64,000 bases of DNA from a virus: IMG/VR virus record IMGVR_UViG_3300028800_000060, positions 64,001 through 128,000 of that record; one strand, 5' to 3'. Made by a program: the position numbers and the translations under genes. Within the stretch, counting starts at the first letter, position 1, and each line of letters opens with the position of its first letter. Positions 9,517-20,412 of the stretch are shown here, in pieces. The notes under the pieces were generated by a model. The model had not been told where the DNA came from and made no database searches. It saw only the letters and a list, made by a program, of their open reading frames with translations.

Positions 9517-9933
9517 ATGCCCACCATAGTTTATGATAGAGTCGGACAAGAAATTGTTCCGGGTTGTTTTATTGCTTACGGTCATGCTCTTGGAAGATGT
9601 GCCGGACTTCGAATTGGTCGAGTAGAAACGGTTAATTTCAAAAAAGTCGATGAGTATGATTGGGAAAAACAGAAAAACAAGAAAGTTGAAGCTATTAGCA
9701 TCACAGTTCTGGGAATTGATGATGACTCGGAATCAAAAAAGCCTCATTTGCTTGAAAAGCGCAGTACTCTCTTTTTCCCGAGTAGAATGGTGGTTTTAAA
9801 TTCTCTTCCTGAAAAGTATGCTACGTTATATGAAACTGATTGTGTTGCATTGGGTGGAAAGCATAAGTGGGGAAAAGTGAAAACATATTATAAGAAGTGT
9901 ACGAAGTGTAATTTAAATACTGATCCTTGGTAA
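9517..9933 (+). CDS. hypothetical protein
   Basis: DRVGQEIVPGCFIAY N-terminus; C-terminal HKWG...CTKC. Confidence 0.6.
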   Translation: MPTIVYDRVGQEIVPGCFIAYGHALGRCAGLRIGRVETVNFKKVDEYDWEKQKNKKVEAISITVLGIDDDSESKKPHLLEKRSTLFFPSRMVVLNSLPEKYATLYETDCVALGGKHKWGKVKTYYKKCTKCNLNTDPW

Positions 9934-9940
9934 TAGAATT

Positions 9941-10669
9941 ATGAAAAAATTAAGAAAACCTATTACCGTTTTCAATATAATTGACGTCTTGTGTGTGACA
10001 CTCCAAACTATTGAAGACCGTGGAAAATATGTTTCACAAAAAACATCCGATTCTACCGGGGAAGTATCTACAACAAAATTTGTGGTGAACCATCTCAAAA
10101 CTAGTGATCTCGATCTTAAAGAGTTATATTCCAAATATTTGGATAAAACTAATGAGATCCGAAAACATTTTTCTTCACCACCGATTGAACAAGATAAATT
10201 TCTAGAAACCATATACAATTTATTTTCGATAGGTATGGTTTCAGAAAAAATGATAGGATATATTGTTGCTTTACCGTCAATGTATGAGACAATGTATCAA
10301 AGAACAGCCAAATTATTAAAAATTGCGGATAAGTATGCGGCTAGTTCTTATATGGGTGAAATAGGAAAACAAGATATTTTTACTGTTAAGCTTTTAGAGG
10401 TTCTCGAATTTTCTAAAAAAGAACAAGAGGTATTTTTTCTTTATCGGGTTAGTGATATTTTAGGAAATTTAGGATTTTTCTTTTCCAAAATACCCCCAGT
10501 AAATTATCCTGGAGATCTTACGTTGCCAATTAAATTGTGGGATTGTTTTGAAATGCGAGCAACTCCCTGTAAAATAGAACCCAATAAGGAAACTGGTATT
10601 AAAGAAACACAATTTTCAAAAATAGAAATTATTGAAATTATCGGAAAAGGAACAGAGGAAATATTATAA
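9941..10669 (+). CDS. hypothetical protein, possible C-terminal OB fold
   Basis: SYMGEIGKQDIFTVKL-type segment; operonic packing. Confidence 0.55.
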   Translation: MKKLRKPITVFNIIDVLCVTLQTIEDRGKYVSQKTSDSTGEVSTTKFVVNHLKTSDLDLKELYSKYLDKTNEIRKHFSSPPIEQDKFLETIYNLFSIGMVSEKMIGYIVALPSMYETMYQRTAKLLKIADKYAASSYMGEIGKQDIFTVKLLEVLEFSKKEQEVFFLYRVSDILGNLGFFFSKIPPVNYPGDLTLPIKLWDCFEMRATPCKIEPNKETGIKETQFSKIEIIEIIGKGTEEIL

Positions 10670-10671
10670 AA

Positions 10672-11898
10672 ATGCCAGAACTTAATGTACAGAAATTTCT
10701 TCGTGAGGTTCCGGGAGGACTTATTCGGCTTCAAGAGCCTCCCTATAATTTGAAAGTTAGACCGCATCCAGAATTTGCCAATCTGGTTTCTTTTTGTTAT
10801 GACCAGATTGATTCTCCAAAAGCCGATCCGATTGTACTTGAATGCCGGGGTCTGATTCTCGATTCACAAGATAATTGGAACGTAGTTGCTTTTCCTTTTA
10901 CCAGATTTTTCAATGATGGAGAATTCCAAGCGGCAAAGATTGACTGGAATACTGCACGAGTATATGAGAAAGTTGATGGCACTCTCATAATCATGTATTG
11001 GTATGAAGGTAAGTGGCGTATTGCTACTCGTGGTAGCCCGAATGCCTCTGGTTCTGTTGGTTTTTTTCCTTGGATAGAAAATGGTAGTACTGTTCCTTTA
11101 ACATATGAACGGCTCTTTTGGCGTTCTGCGGAACATTGGCTTAAGGGACTCAGTAAGTCTGGTGAATTCGATTCTACATGCACTTATATGTGGGAATTAA
11201 CTTCACCACTAAATCGTGTAGTTTGTGATTATACGGAAATTGGTCCCGTGGGCCAATGTATTGATGGAAATAATAAGCTCGTTTGGGTAGATACTGAAAT
11301 TGATAACACTGGCTATGCCCATGATGGTTCTCGGATCACATTAATTGGTATCCGTAATAATATAACATTTAAGGAATATGACATTAAGTATTCCGATGCG
11401 CATTATAAAGCAAAATATTTTCCTCTTAGAGATTTACAAGAGGTAATCACTGCCGCTTCAAAATTAAATCCGTTACGTCAAGAGGGATTTGTGGTCGTTG
11501 ATGGTGATTACAATCGGGTCAAGATTAAATCGCCCGTTTATGTGGCATTCCATCATTTACGAGATGGAAATCCTAGAAAGCGTTTAATGGAGATCATTCA
11601 ATCTGGTGAAAAAGAAGAAATGATGGCTTATAAAATATTGGATGAGTTCCCGGCTGAAAAGAAAATGTATGAAGAGATGCTTGCGGAAGTTGAATCTTTA
11701 ATCTTGCAAACCGAACAAATATATGATAGAATTAAAGATATTGAATTGCAAAAAGACTTTGCATTAGAAGCTTTGAAATCTCCAATGCCATATGCATTAT
11801 TTGGAATGCGTAAAGGATTGAGAGATCAAAAAACTATCCGACAAATCATTCTTTCTTGCCCGACACAAAAGTTATTGGATATGCTAAAAGGAAAATAA
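10672..11898 (+). CDS. rnlA: RNA ligase 1 (T4 RnlA-like)
   Basis: ECRGLIL, FTRFFN, motif I EKVDGT, IATRG, WELTSP.NRVV, EGFVV, RVKIKSP.Y. Confidence 0.9.
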   Translation: MPELNVQKFLREVPGGLIRLQEPPYNLKVRPHPEFANLVSFCYDQIDSPKADPIVLECRGLILDSQDNWNVVAFPFTRFFNDGEFQAAKIDWNTARVYEKVDGTLIIMYWYEGKWRIATRGSPNASGSVGFFPWIENGSTVPLTYERLFWRSAEHWLKGLSKSGEFDSTCTYMWELTSPLNRVVCDYTEIGPVGQCIDGNNKLVWVDTEIDNTGYAHDGSRITLIGIRNNITFKEYDIKYSDAHYKAKYFPLRDLQEVITAASKLNPLRQEGFVVVDGDYNRVKIKSPVYVAFHHLRDGNPRKRLMEIIQSGEKEEMMAYKILDEFPAEKKMYEEMLAEVESLILQTEQIYDRIKDIELQKDFALEALKSPMPYALFGMRKGLRDQKTIRQIILSCPTQKLLDMLKGK

Positions 11899-11927
11899 AT
11901 TTATGACATTACCTAATATGGAAATTC

Positions 11928-12131
11928 ATGCGACAACGGATAAATTACGAAATTAAAACTGATTGTCCCGAAGACTCTTTCGGTCTTGATATAACACAAA
12001 TCTTATGGTGTCTCGAAGATTATATTAAACAGGGACCTCGTGGTAGAATGAAAACATATGATGGTGGTTCCGATAGATCTATAAGGATTAAAAGTTTTAA
12101 TGACACTTCAAAAACAAATAAAAGACATTAA
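11928..12131 (+). CDS. small hypothetical protein
   Basis: ORF track; operonic. Confidence 0.5.
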   Translation: MRQRINYEIKTDCPEDSFGLDITQILWCLEDYIKQGPRGRMKTYDGGSDRSIRIKSFNDTSKTNKRH

Positions 12132-12570
12132 TAATATCCGTTCACAAATGTGGCCGAATAGTGCCATATTTAATATTAATGAATTGGATCATCTTATTGG
12201 CACTTTGATAGAGGAAACGGGTGAGTACAGACAAGCATGTCGTTCCTTTTTGGGAAGACCATTTTCTCCGGAAAAGGTGGCATCAAAAGAACACATGGTT
12301 GAAGAGTTGGGAGATATTTTAGTTCCAGTTATTGCTTTGTCCAACCAATCGGGAATTTCTTTTGAAGAGGCTTTGGAAGTTGCCTATCAAAAGCTTCGTA
12401 AACGTTTGGAAAATAAAAGAGAAAAAGAACGATTGGACCACATAGCAAAAACAGATGAAACGTCTGTTTTAAAATTTAATCCTATGGATCATCAACCTTT
12501 CAAGTATGATGTGGAGGATGAAATTAATAAACCACATCCGGAAGATTCTATACCCAAATATAATTGGTAA
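12100..12570 (+). CDS. MazG-like NTP pyrophosphohydrolase
   Basis: EETGE...EELGDIL motif. Confidence 0.8.
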   Translation: MTLQKQIKDINNIRSQMWPNSAIFNINELDHLIGTLIEETGEYRQACRSFLGRPFSPEKVASKEHMVEELGDILVPVIALSNQSGISFEEALEVAYQKLRKRLENKREKERLDHIAKTDETSVLKFNPMDHQPFKYDVEDEINKPHPEDSIPKYNW

Positions 12571-12576
12571 GTTATA

Positions 12577-13359
12577 ATGGGAACTTTTATAAGTGATTGG
12601 GAATATCCTCAACCTGAGGTTTGTGTTTGTGGTAATCTTACAAGAGAACATTGGAGAAAACGGAATTGTCTTATGACTGAACGAATAAAATATCCAAAGA
12701 CGATGCACTTCCCATGGTCACCGAATCTCCAGAATGATGATCGTCTCATTCAAGATAACCAAATGCCTGGTAAGGTAGTTGTAATGACTGAGAAAATGGA
12801 TGGAGAAAATACAACAATGTATTATGATGGTATCCATGCTCGGTCAAGAGATTCATTGTCACACCCCTCCAGAACATTTGTCCAAGCTTTGCATGGTCAA
12901 ATTGCGCATTTGATCCCGGTAGGATTTCGAATTTGTGGAGAAAATTTATTTGCAAAACATTCTATACATTATCGCAATTTGAAATCTTATTTCCATGTAT
13001 TCTCTATTTGGGATAAAGATAACAACTGCTTTTCTTGGGATGATACCAAAATCTTTTGTGACTTGTTAGGATTGAAACCAGTACCTGAAATTTGGTGGGG
13101 TGTTTATGATGAGCAGGCAATTCACAATGCTTACCATTATTACAGTCCCGGTCACGAAGTTGAAGGATATGTTGTTCGTGTAACTAACATTTTCTCGGCC
13201 GATAAATTTGAAAATTGTGTGGCTAAATATGTACGCAAAGGGCATGTCCAAACGTCAGAACATTGGATGAATGAGGCTATGGTTAAGAATGAATTAGAGC
13301 AAGAGTTTACCTTTCCAAATCACCCCATATTACCCTTGAAGAATGCCGAGTTTGAATAG
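12577..13359 (+). CDS. second ATP-dependent RNA ligase (start may be ATG 12673)
   Basis: KYPKT.HFPWS, TEKMDGEN, ICGENL.AKHSI.Y, EGYVVR, AKYVR..HVQT..HW. Confidence 0.85.
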   Translation: MGTFISDWEYPQPEVCVCGNLTREHWRKRNCLMTERIKYPKTMHFPWSPNLQNDDRLIQDNQMPGKVVVMTEKMDGENTTMYYDGIHARSRDSLSHPSRTFVQALHGQIAHLIPVGFRICGENLFAKHSIHYRNLKSYFHVFSIWDKDNNCFSWDDTKIFCDLLGLKPVPEIWWGVYDEQAIHNAYHYYSPGHEVEGYVVRVTNIFSADKFENCVAKYVRKGHVQTSEHWMNEAMVKNELEQEFTFPNHPILPLKNAEFE

Positions 13360-14024
13360 TGTACGAACATTTAAATATTCAAATTCCTGAACTTGCTAAA
13401 CAGGTTTCCATAGACGGACAATCTGGTCCAAGATTGTATCAAACACCTTATGGAAAAATATATCCATCTATAACAAGTTGCTTGGCTCCTCTTAAAGAAG
13501 AAATAATTGCAAACTGGCGCGCCCGCGTTGGTAATGAGGTTGCCGATAAAGAATCAAAATGGGGTAGGGACCGGGGGACCGCACTTCATTTGGCTCTTGA
13601 AGACGTCTTAAAAAATAAACCACTAAAGGGACATCCACTCTTAATTAGGATGCTCGTTGATGAATTAATGCCTTATCTAAGAAAGATAGGAAGGATTCAT
13701 TGTCAAGAAACTCCTTTATATTCAGATTATTTCGAAATTGGAGGTAGATGTGATTGCATCGGAGAGTATGCTGGAAAATTATCGGTAATTGACTTTAAGG
13801 GATCTAATAGAACTAAAAAACGTGAATGGATTATAGATTACTTTATGCAGTGTGCGTTTTACGCATACGCATACTGGGAACGCACTGGGGAACGCATAGA
13901 ACAGTCTGTTATTTTGGTCGCTAACGAACAAGGCCAGGCTTCAGAATTCATTGAGAAGCCATGGGACTGGTGGAAAGAACTGAAAGAAGTACGCGAATCA
14001 TATAGAACGAGGTACGATATATGA
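13359..14024 (+). CDS. PD-(D/E)XK exonuclease (Cas4/MGME1-like, common in T4-like phages)
   Basis: YPSITS, WRARVG, RGT.LH, GRCDCI, IDFK, YFMQ..FY. Confidence 0.85.
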   Translation: MYEHLNIQIPELAKQVSIDGQSGPRLYQTPYGKIYPSITSCLAPLKEEIIANWRARVGNEVADKESKWGRDRGTALHLALEDVLKNKPLKGHPLLIRMLVDELMPYLRKIGRIHCQETPLYSDYFEIGGRCDCIGEYAGKLSVIDFKGSNRTKKREWIIDYFMQCAFYAYAYWERTGERIEQSVILVANEQGQASEFIEKPWDWWKELKEVRESYRTRYDI

Positions 14025-14977
14025 ATAAATATGGTATTAAATGTAATGTATGCGGTTCAGAAGGAGAAGATGTTGGTGTGTATCAAGTTCCTTTTCCTAT
14101 CCCCTATAGTGATGCCTATTGTGAAGAGTGTTGCAAAAAGGGACGTGAAAGTGTTTCCTCTATTTTAGGTTTACTACATTGGGAAGAAGTAGCTAAAAAG
14201 TGTGGTATTGAAGATTTTCAACGTATTACTGGCCGTAGTGAATTTCTCACCGGTTATATGGATGGATTTGAAATTCCCATGGTTCAATTGGTTAAGATTT
14301 ACAAAATGGTAAGAGCATTCAAGGATGAAGAGGTACTATAATGACAACAATTAATGCAAACAAAGATAGATTGACGGAAGCACAACAAAAAGAAATCGTA
14401 GAGCGTTGCAATGAATCATATGACCGCGGCGGCGCTGATGCCCTAAAGTTTGTTATAGATGCAGCTAAACAAATTGCTGTTGATATGCCGGGTTTTTCTG
14501 AACATGCCGCTTTTACAGTGTATGTGGTTGAAGCTATCCGCGAAAAACTCGCAGCCGCAGTAAATGAACAAGTTCATGATACTATTCCGGAAGAATCGAG
14601 AATATGTATTCCTTAAGCTATTTGATCGAAGATGCTCCTAAATGTGCAGCCTATATTAATGGACATTATGTACCTTCTCGTCCTATTCCTTGGGGATTTG
14701 GTATATGGCGCATTAAGGATGCATGGGCTGTTCTTACCGGAAAAGCTGATGCCGTATTTTGGCCTGAAGGACAATAATGCCTCTCTACGATTGGTTTAAC
14801 CTAAACATCAAAAATCATCATCACATTTGGGGTCCTTGGGTTCTTGTAGATACCAAGAACCTCAAATATAATCATCGAGTTATTCAAGGCCAACAATGGA
14901 CCATGAAACGCGAATGTTCTACTTGTGGTGAAATTGATTACCAATCAAAAGAAACAAAACTCAAATTGACGTCCTAA
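14021..14977 (+). CDS. four small coupled hypothetical ORFs (14021-14341, 14341-14616, 14604-14777, 14777-14977)
   Basis: Overlapping stops and starts; 14604-14777 (MYSLSYL...RIKDAWAVLTGKADAVFWPEGQ) is below the track cutoff. Confidence 0.6.
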
Positions 14978-15005
14978 AAGAATTCTTGTTATCATTAACA
15001 TTGTT

Positions 15006-15995
15006 ATGAGCAAAAAAAGAACTAATCAAACTGTAACTATCACCCTTGGTTTACCTGCCTCAGGAAAAACTACTTGGGCAAAAAAAGAAGTTGAATTAGC
15101 AAAACTTTGCAATGAAATTCCCATTGTGCGGGTGAACAATGATGATATACGGGATGAATTAAATGGCGGTCCAATGGATCATTCCAATTGGACTCCCGAA
15201 TTTGAGAAAAAGGTTCGTAAAGTTCGGTTTGAAAGAATTACGGAAGCCCTGAAATCAGGTTGTGATGTTATTGTAGATAACACACATCTGTCCTACAAAA
15301 CTCTAAATAGCCTGAAAACCTGGTTGAAACAGAATTTTCCTAATGTCATTATTGAAGAGAAAGACTTCCGTGATGTTCCTCTCCAAGAATGTTTGGATCG
15401 AGATAAGGCAAGAATTGCTCGGGGTGAGCGTGGAGTAGGTTCTGAGGTAATTATGAAAATGGCAAGTGAAGCGGGACTCATCAAAGAAATTCCTCCACAT
15501 ACAATCGATTGGACTTTGCCGTGGACTATCATGTGTGATTTAGATGGTACTTTAGCTCGCATTGGTAAACGTAGTCCATATGATTGTTCTCAATGCGATC
15601 TATTAGATACTCCCAATCTACATGTCCTACAACTATTGAGGACTTATCAAACTGGACATATTGTTGAGAATATGGATGGATTTGTAACTTCGCATCCAAA
15701 TATTGAAAAAATTCATTTCTTCACTGGCCGAACCGACAATTACAAAGGTCCCACGCTTCGGTTTCTACTAACTAAATGTGGTTTTGATGTTGCTAATGAT
15801 CCATATTTTGAATTAGTTATGCGCCAAACAGGTGATAGTAGACCCGATGAGATCATTAAACGTGAAATGTTTGACTCCCACATCAAAAATAAGTATAATG
15901 TATTTGTAGTTGTAGATGATAGGCCGCGCGTTGTTCGTATGTGGCACAGTTTAGGATTACCAGTTTTTAATGTGGGTGATGGAAGAGAATTTTAA
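15006..15995 (+). CDS. pseT: polynucleotide 5'-kinase/3'-phosphatase
   Basis: P-loop GLPASGKTT, VIVDNT, HAD DLDGT, FTGR, DDRPRVV..W..LG. Confidence 0.93.
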   Translation: MSKKRTNQTVTITLGLPASGKTTWAKKEVELAKLCNEIPIVRVNNDDIRDELNGGPMDHSNWTPEFEKKVRKVRFERITEALKSGCDVIVDNTHLSYKTLNSLKTWLKQNFPNVIIEEKDFRDVPLQECLDRDKARIARGERGVGSEVIMKMASEAGLIKEIPPHTIDWTLPWTIMCDLDGTLARIGKRSPYDCSQCDLLDTPNLHVLQLLRTYQTGHIVENMDGFVTSHPNIEKIHFFTGRTDNYKGPTLRFLLTKCGFDVANDPYFELVMRQTGDSRPDEIIKREMFDSHIKNKYNVFVVVDDRPRVVRMWHSLGLPVFNVGDGREF

Positions 15996-15998
15996 TAC

Positions 15999-16382
15999 AT
16001 GACTATTTACGGACCAAAACATGATGATGTTGTGGATATGTTCTTAACTCAACATGTAGAAGACCGTATCCGAGATCGTTTTCCTTCTCTCAAATTTAAA
16101 ACAAATTTAAAAATTTATGTTTCCTATTGTGAAAGCCCAACAGCAGCACCTATGTGGTCTATACCAGTTTCTGGTGGATATATTATAGGAAAATGGATTC
16201 CCTCACATCACGGAAGTTATATTAAGGGAATTTTTATCGCCCAAACGGCGTTAATGACTTGGCAATTTAAAAGATCCAAGTTTGAAAAGAAACGGTCAGT
16301 CTGGGTAACTTTTAGAAGGATTATTTCTCAAACAGAGAATAAAGCTAAATGTGGAAAAGGTGAACAAAATGAATCTAAATGA
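15999..16382 (+). CDS. hypothetical protein
   Basis: ORF track; LTQHVEDRIRDR start. Confidence 0.6.
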   Translation: MTIYGPKHDDVVDMFLTQHVEDRIRDRFPSLKFKTNLKIYVSYCESPTAAPMWSIPVSGGYIIGKWIPSHHGSYIKGIFIAQTALMTWQFKRSKFEKKRSVWVTFRRIISQTENKAKCGKGEQNESK

Positions 16383-16617
16383 AACTTTAATTGCTTTACG
16401 CGCAGGAAATTGTAATCTCATTTACCAAAAAATGAATGGTGACATTCGTGTTGCTGTGGGTACTTTGAATTTGAATTTGGTTCCAAAGGAAAATTGGCCG
16501 AAAATTTCAACTCAAGAACCCAACAAAGAAAATGAATTGATCCATTACTACGATCAAACGATTAATGGATGGCGCTGTTTCTGGATGGAAAATCTGAAAA
16601 GTCTTTCTTTGGTGTAA
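16369..16617 (+). CDS. SH3/WYL-like beta-barrel protein
   Basis: YQKMNGDIR.AVGTL...YYD....GWRCF...N pattern. Confidence 0.7.
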   Translation: MNLNETLIALRAGNCNLIYQKMNGDIRVAVGTLNLNLVPKENWPKISTQEPNKENELIHYYDQTINGWRCFWMENLKSLSLV

Positions 16618-16619
16618 GA

Positions 16620-17027
16620 ATGAATAAAGAAGAAATTAAAGATAATCTCCATTATGGTTGGTCCTGGAAAGATGCTGTGCTTAATGCTGAAGCCACCGGC
16701 ATGAAGGTTTATAGATCTACAGATACGTTATTACTCCTAGATCTGGATGATTCGGAAAGCTTGTTTAAGTACGAGAGTATGTTTCCGTTATTGGAAAAAC
16801 AGTTTGAATTGGTAGAATTAAATCGTTGGCATTCCAAATCTGGAATAGGATGGCATGTAATACTTTTATGTAGTCCTCAAAATATGCTAACCCGAATTAC
16901 GTTACAGGCAGTCCTCGGTTCAGATATTAAACGTGAAGCATTGGCACTATTAATGCATCGGGACGGCATTGAAAATTGTAGTTGGCTTTTTAAGCCTAAA
17001 GTAGAAAAAGAAGTTTGTCCTTTTTGA
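16620..17027 (+). CDS. small protein with primase-polymerase (AEP)-like motifs
   Basis: LLLDLDD and SKSGIGWHV. Confidence 0.45.
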   Translation: MNKEEIKDNLHYGWSWKDAVLNAEATGMKVYRSTDTLLLLDLDDSESLFKYESMFPLLEKQFELVELNRWHSKSGIGWHVILLCSPQNMLTRITLQAVLGSDIKREALALLMHRDGIENCSWLFKPKVEKEVCPF

Positions 17028-17040
17028 TGTACGTGGAAAG

Positions 17041-17065
17041 GGGAAGCTTAAAGCTTCCCTTCTTT
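17041..17065. terminator. hairpin at a convergent gene junction
   Basis: GGGAAGCT-TAA-AGCTTCCC followed by TTCTTT. Confidence 0.6.
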
Positions 17066-17758
17066 ATCCAAATAAGCTAATTTAGCAACGATCCATTCTT
17101 TTACAATACCAGAACGAACGATATCTTCCTCTTCAAATTCGATAAAACTAAAACTTTCGCAATTTTCAATTATATCCAAAAATTGTGGAACACCAGTCTT
17201 ATCATATTTGCTGCGGTATAAATCAGTTTGATCTATATCACCACAAAAGACAACACGGCATCTATTTCCGATACGTGTAATAACTGTATCGAGTTCTTCG
17301 AAATTCATATTTTGGATTTCATCTACGATAATAACAGCATCATTTAAAGTTGTTCCTCTTAAATGTGATGTGGTTATAAATTCAATCATCATTTTCTGTT
17401 TCAATATATCGTAGGCATCACCTCTACCAAATAATTCAGAACAAATCTTCTGGTATGGTGCCTCATAAACGGCCATTTTTTCTCCGGCGGTACCGGGAAG
17501 AAATCCCATATCACGTGAGGGAACAATACTTCGAATAATTATCACTCGCTGATACTTACCATTTAGGACTTCTTGAAGACCTAACCATAATGAAAGGAAT
17601 GTTTTTCCTGTCCCAGCAACACCATGTAAAACTAAATTGTAATCAGAACGGAATGATTCGATCATTGCATTTTGAGTTGGTGTTTTGGGTTCTATTTTCC
17701 TCATGGGAAAACTTTTATCTGGACCAGGTTTCGTCTTTATCTTCTTTTTTGTTGCCAT
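17048..17758 (-). CDS. phoH: PhoH-family ATPase
   Basis: GVAGTGKT, GFLPGT..EK, LRGTT, IVDEIQN, TRIG, GDIDQTD, DIVRSG. Confidence 0.95.
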   Translation of the reverse strand: MATKKKIKTKPGPDKSFPMRKIEPKTPTQNAMIESFRSDYNLVLHGVAGTGKTFLSLWLGLQEVLNGKYQRVIIIRSIVPSRDMGFLPGTAGEKMAVYEAPYQKICSELFGRGDAYDILKQKMMIEFITTSHLRGTTLNDAVIIVDEIQNMNFEELDTVITRIGNRCRVVFCGDIDQTDLYRSKYDKTGVPQFLDIIENCESFSFIEFEEEDIVRSGIVKEWIVAKLAYLDKEGKL

Positions 17759-17781
17759 CCGTATTTTTCCTTTTAGGATTT

Positions 17782-18108
17782 TTAAACGAGTCGGCCGGGA
17801 GAATACCGAGCTTTACTGAAATTAACAAACTTTCTTTTAATTTTGCCATCAGGTGTTATTGTGCTTTTATCTGGTACTGAATTTTCCATACGGCCTAAAA
17901 CGCCATGCAAAAACGCATCTGGAGGACGTGTAATGCCAAGTTTAATAGGATCTCCTAAAGCTGGTGGGGAACTTAAATAAATGTGCAGGCAATCATTTTC
18001 GCGGCATTCGGGGCAAGGAGAGTGCTCCGGAAGTAGGTAATCTACCATAGGAAGTTTAGCTTCAAAAATAGTATCACAATTAGAGCAAAGATATTCGTAA
18101 TTAGGCAA
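17782..18108 (-). CDS. FmdB-type zinc-ribbon protein
   Basis: (M)PNYEYLCSNC...CPEC; TTG start with GGAG SD. Confidence 0.75.
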   Translation of the reverse strand: MPNYEYLCSNCDTIFEAKLPMVDYLLPEHSPCPECRENDCLHIYLSSPPALGDPIKLGITRPPDAFLHGVLGRMENSVPDKSTITPDGKIKRKFVNFSKARYSPGRLV

Positions 18109-18212
18109 GGATTTTAAAACTCCATTCAAATAATTAATGAGTACAGAACTATTTAGTTCTTCCTTTTGAAGGAATGCTTGACATCGTGTGTTATTTCTTA
18201 TAAACTATAAAT

Positions 18213-19379
18213 ATGGGCAGACATAAAAAGCAACGAATTAGTATCCCTAAAGAAGGCGATGCAGTATCGAAAAAGGCACTAAAAGATTCATCTATTGTGG
18301 TTTGGGGTAATGAACCAAATTGGGTTCCCGTAAACCAACTATTAGATAGTGCCGAGAAGCATTTCGAAACTCAACGCCAGTTAGGCTTGGCTTTCAACTG
18401 GTATTACAATATGACGGATGAAAAACTCCGTAAATCTTTTTTTGTTGATTATGCCGAAAAATTCTTCCCCAATAATGTGGACAATGTTCGAAATATTTCT
18501 CCAGATCTTTTTACGTGTGGAGAATATCACACATACGGTGTTCTAGCAAGAATGATCATGCGCGGTTGGCCCATTGATCAGACGAAAAAGGAACATCTGT
18601 CATCGTTGATTAAAACCTACAACAAAAATTCTGCAAAGATTATTGAACCTCAGGTCGAAAAAAAGAAAGACCGAGATCCTGTAATTTCGAAATGTATTAA
18701 TCTTGTAAACGAACAACTGGATGATTTTGGTTTTGTTGCTCGTAAGAAATTTCCTGAGCCGAGTATGGCTGATACTGTTCTGAAGGTAGGCGCAACAAAC
18801 GGCCAAAGAACTAAAGTGCATGAGCATTTTGGTAATACCATTTTGGAAATCAAACAGGTGATTACTGGTGATGATGAACTTTTGAAAGAAGCCTATAGTG
18901 GTGTATCCAAGGGTACTTTACAGAAAGTTTATAATTGGTTTACAGCAATGCCTTCCGAGGGGTTAGTTGTTACTCAAAAAACTAGGAAAACCCGAAAGAA
19001 GAAAGTGAAGAGTGCGGCACAAATCCTGAAATTATTCATTTGCCAAAAATCTGATTCAGAATTAAACGTCCAATCTGTAGATCCCGAAACTATTCTCGGT
19101 GCTCAACAATTGTGGGTATTTAATACCAAGACTCGCAAGCTCGGTGTTTATTATGCCGCAAATGAAAAGGGACTTGGCGTATCACGTAAATCTATTGATA
19201 ACTATGATGAAAAAACCTCTTTCTGTAAAAAGATCCGTAAACCGAAAGAGATTATTCCGGGCGTAATTACAGCAGGAAAGGTGGCATTGCGTCATGCGAT
19301 GGATGAAATTCGCGCCACAAAATCACCTATGAAGAGTCGAATTTGTGAAACTGTACTCCTATTAAGGACGGTAAAATAA
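18213..19379 (+). CDS. conserved T4-like hypothetical protein
   Basis: AFNWY; SVDP..ILGAQQLWVFNTKTRKL..Y...KKIRKP. Confidence 0.75.
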   Translation: MGRHKKQRISIPKEGDAVSKKALKDSSIVVWGNEPNWVPVNQLLDSAEKHFETQRQLGLAFNWYYNMTDEKLRKSFFVDYAEKFFPNNVDNVRNISPDLFTCGEYHTYGVLARMIMRGWPIDQTKKEHLSSLIKTYNKNSAKIIEPQVEKKKDRDPVISKCINLVNEQLDDFGFVARKKFPEPSMADTVLKVGATNGQRTKVHEHFGNTILEIKQVITGDDELLKEAYSGVSKGTLQKVYNWFTAMPSEGLVVTQKTRKTRKKKVKSAAQILKLFICQKSDSELNVQSVDPETILGAQQLWVFNTKTRKLGVYYAANEKGLGVSRKSIDNYDEKTSFCKKIRKPKEIIPGVITAGKVALRHAMDEIRATKSPMKSRICETVLLLRTVK

Positions 19380-20410
19380 TGGAAAGAACTTTATTTAGAA
19401 AATTTCCTGAAAGCCCCAATGAAGAACCTTACCATACATATGGGCTATCGGTACATGAAATTGAATTGCCCGATTGCAAAATCTCTCCTAGAGAAGGATG
19501 GTTAGTTCATTTGATGAAAATCTATCGGGATTTATATCCGAGATATCCCGAAGAATGTTATCAAAGATGGGCAGAAACACAACTTAACCGTGAACTTGAC
19601 AGGCTTGGTGATTATTTTAGTCTGAGTTCTTTTTATGACTAATTGTCCTCGTTGTCTTTCACCACTAGAACTTGATGGTAATTGTCCAAATGAATGTCGT
19701 CCTTTTCAATCAAAAATTGAAGAGGAAGAATATTTTGATGATTTGGAAGATATTAGTGTGAATGTTTATGAAGACGAAAGTATTACCAATTAAAGAAAAA
19801 GCAGAAGAGGCTGGGATTCTTTCAGCAAAAGAAATTGAATTTACTCCTGATAGGAAGATTATTTACCTTACCGTTTCTTTTGAAGACGAAGATCCGGATT
19901 TTATGAAAACAGAAACGAAAAAATTCTGGTTACTATATAAATATTCTCATCCAAAAAATGAATCTACTAAAGAAAATACTCAAAAAGATCCTCAAACAAT
20001 CTAAATTACCCAAATTGGTTAAAATCACACCAACTGGTGTGCCAACTTGGCATCGTGATTCGGATAGAAGCGAATGTGGTATGGTTGAAACTGAACCAAA
20101 CCAAGAAGTTTATTCGCGAATGGTAAGAGTTCAGGGAGAAGTTATTGAACCGCTTCCTGATGATACGCCCGAAGATCTGGCATCATTGATTAGTTGTGCT
20201 GCTTGTGACCATGAATTTTCTAGGGTTATTGTTTACCCCATATGTCAAGAAATGCGTAAGCAGGTAATGGATCTAATTGTTGGTAACAAGGATAATTTAT
20301 ATCCTATGTACGAATACCGGTTAGCTAATATTATTGCCAATGATGATTTGGATTCAAAGACATTAATTTACAAGTATGGGGGAAAAACCCACTTCGCAAA
20401 ACCTATTTAA
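19379..20410 (+). CDS. cluster of small hypothetical ORFs (19379-19642, 19635-19792, 19762-20004, 19958-20410)
   Basis: Tandem packing; TTGACA promoter at about 19597. Confidence 0.5.
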
Positions 20411-20412
20411 TT

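Noticed and set aside
13359-14024. Cas4 as part of a CRISPR system
   Set aside because: No array or other cas genes; a stand-alone exonuclease of this type is common in T4-like phages.
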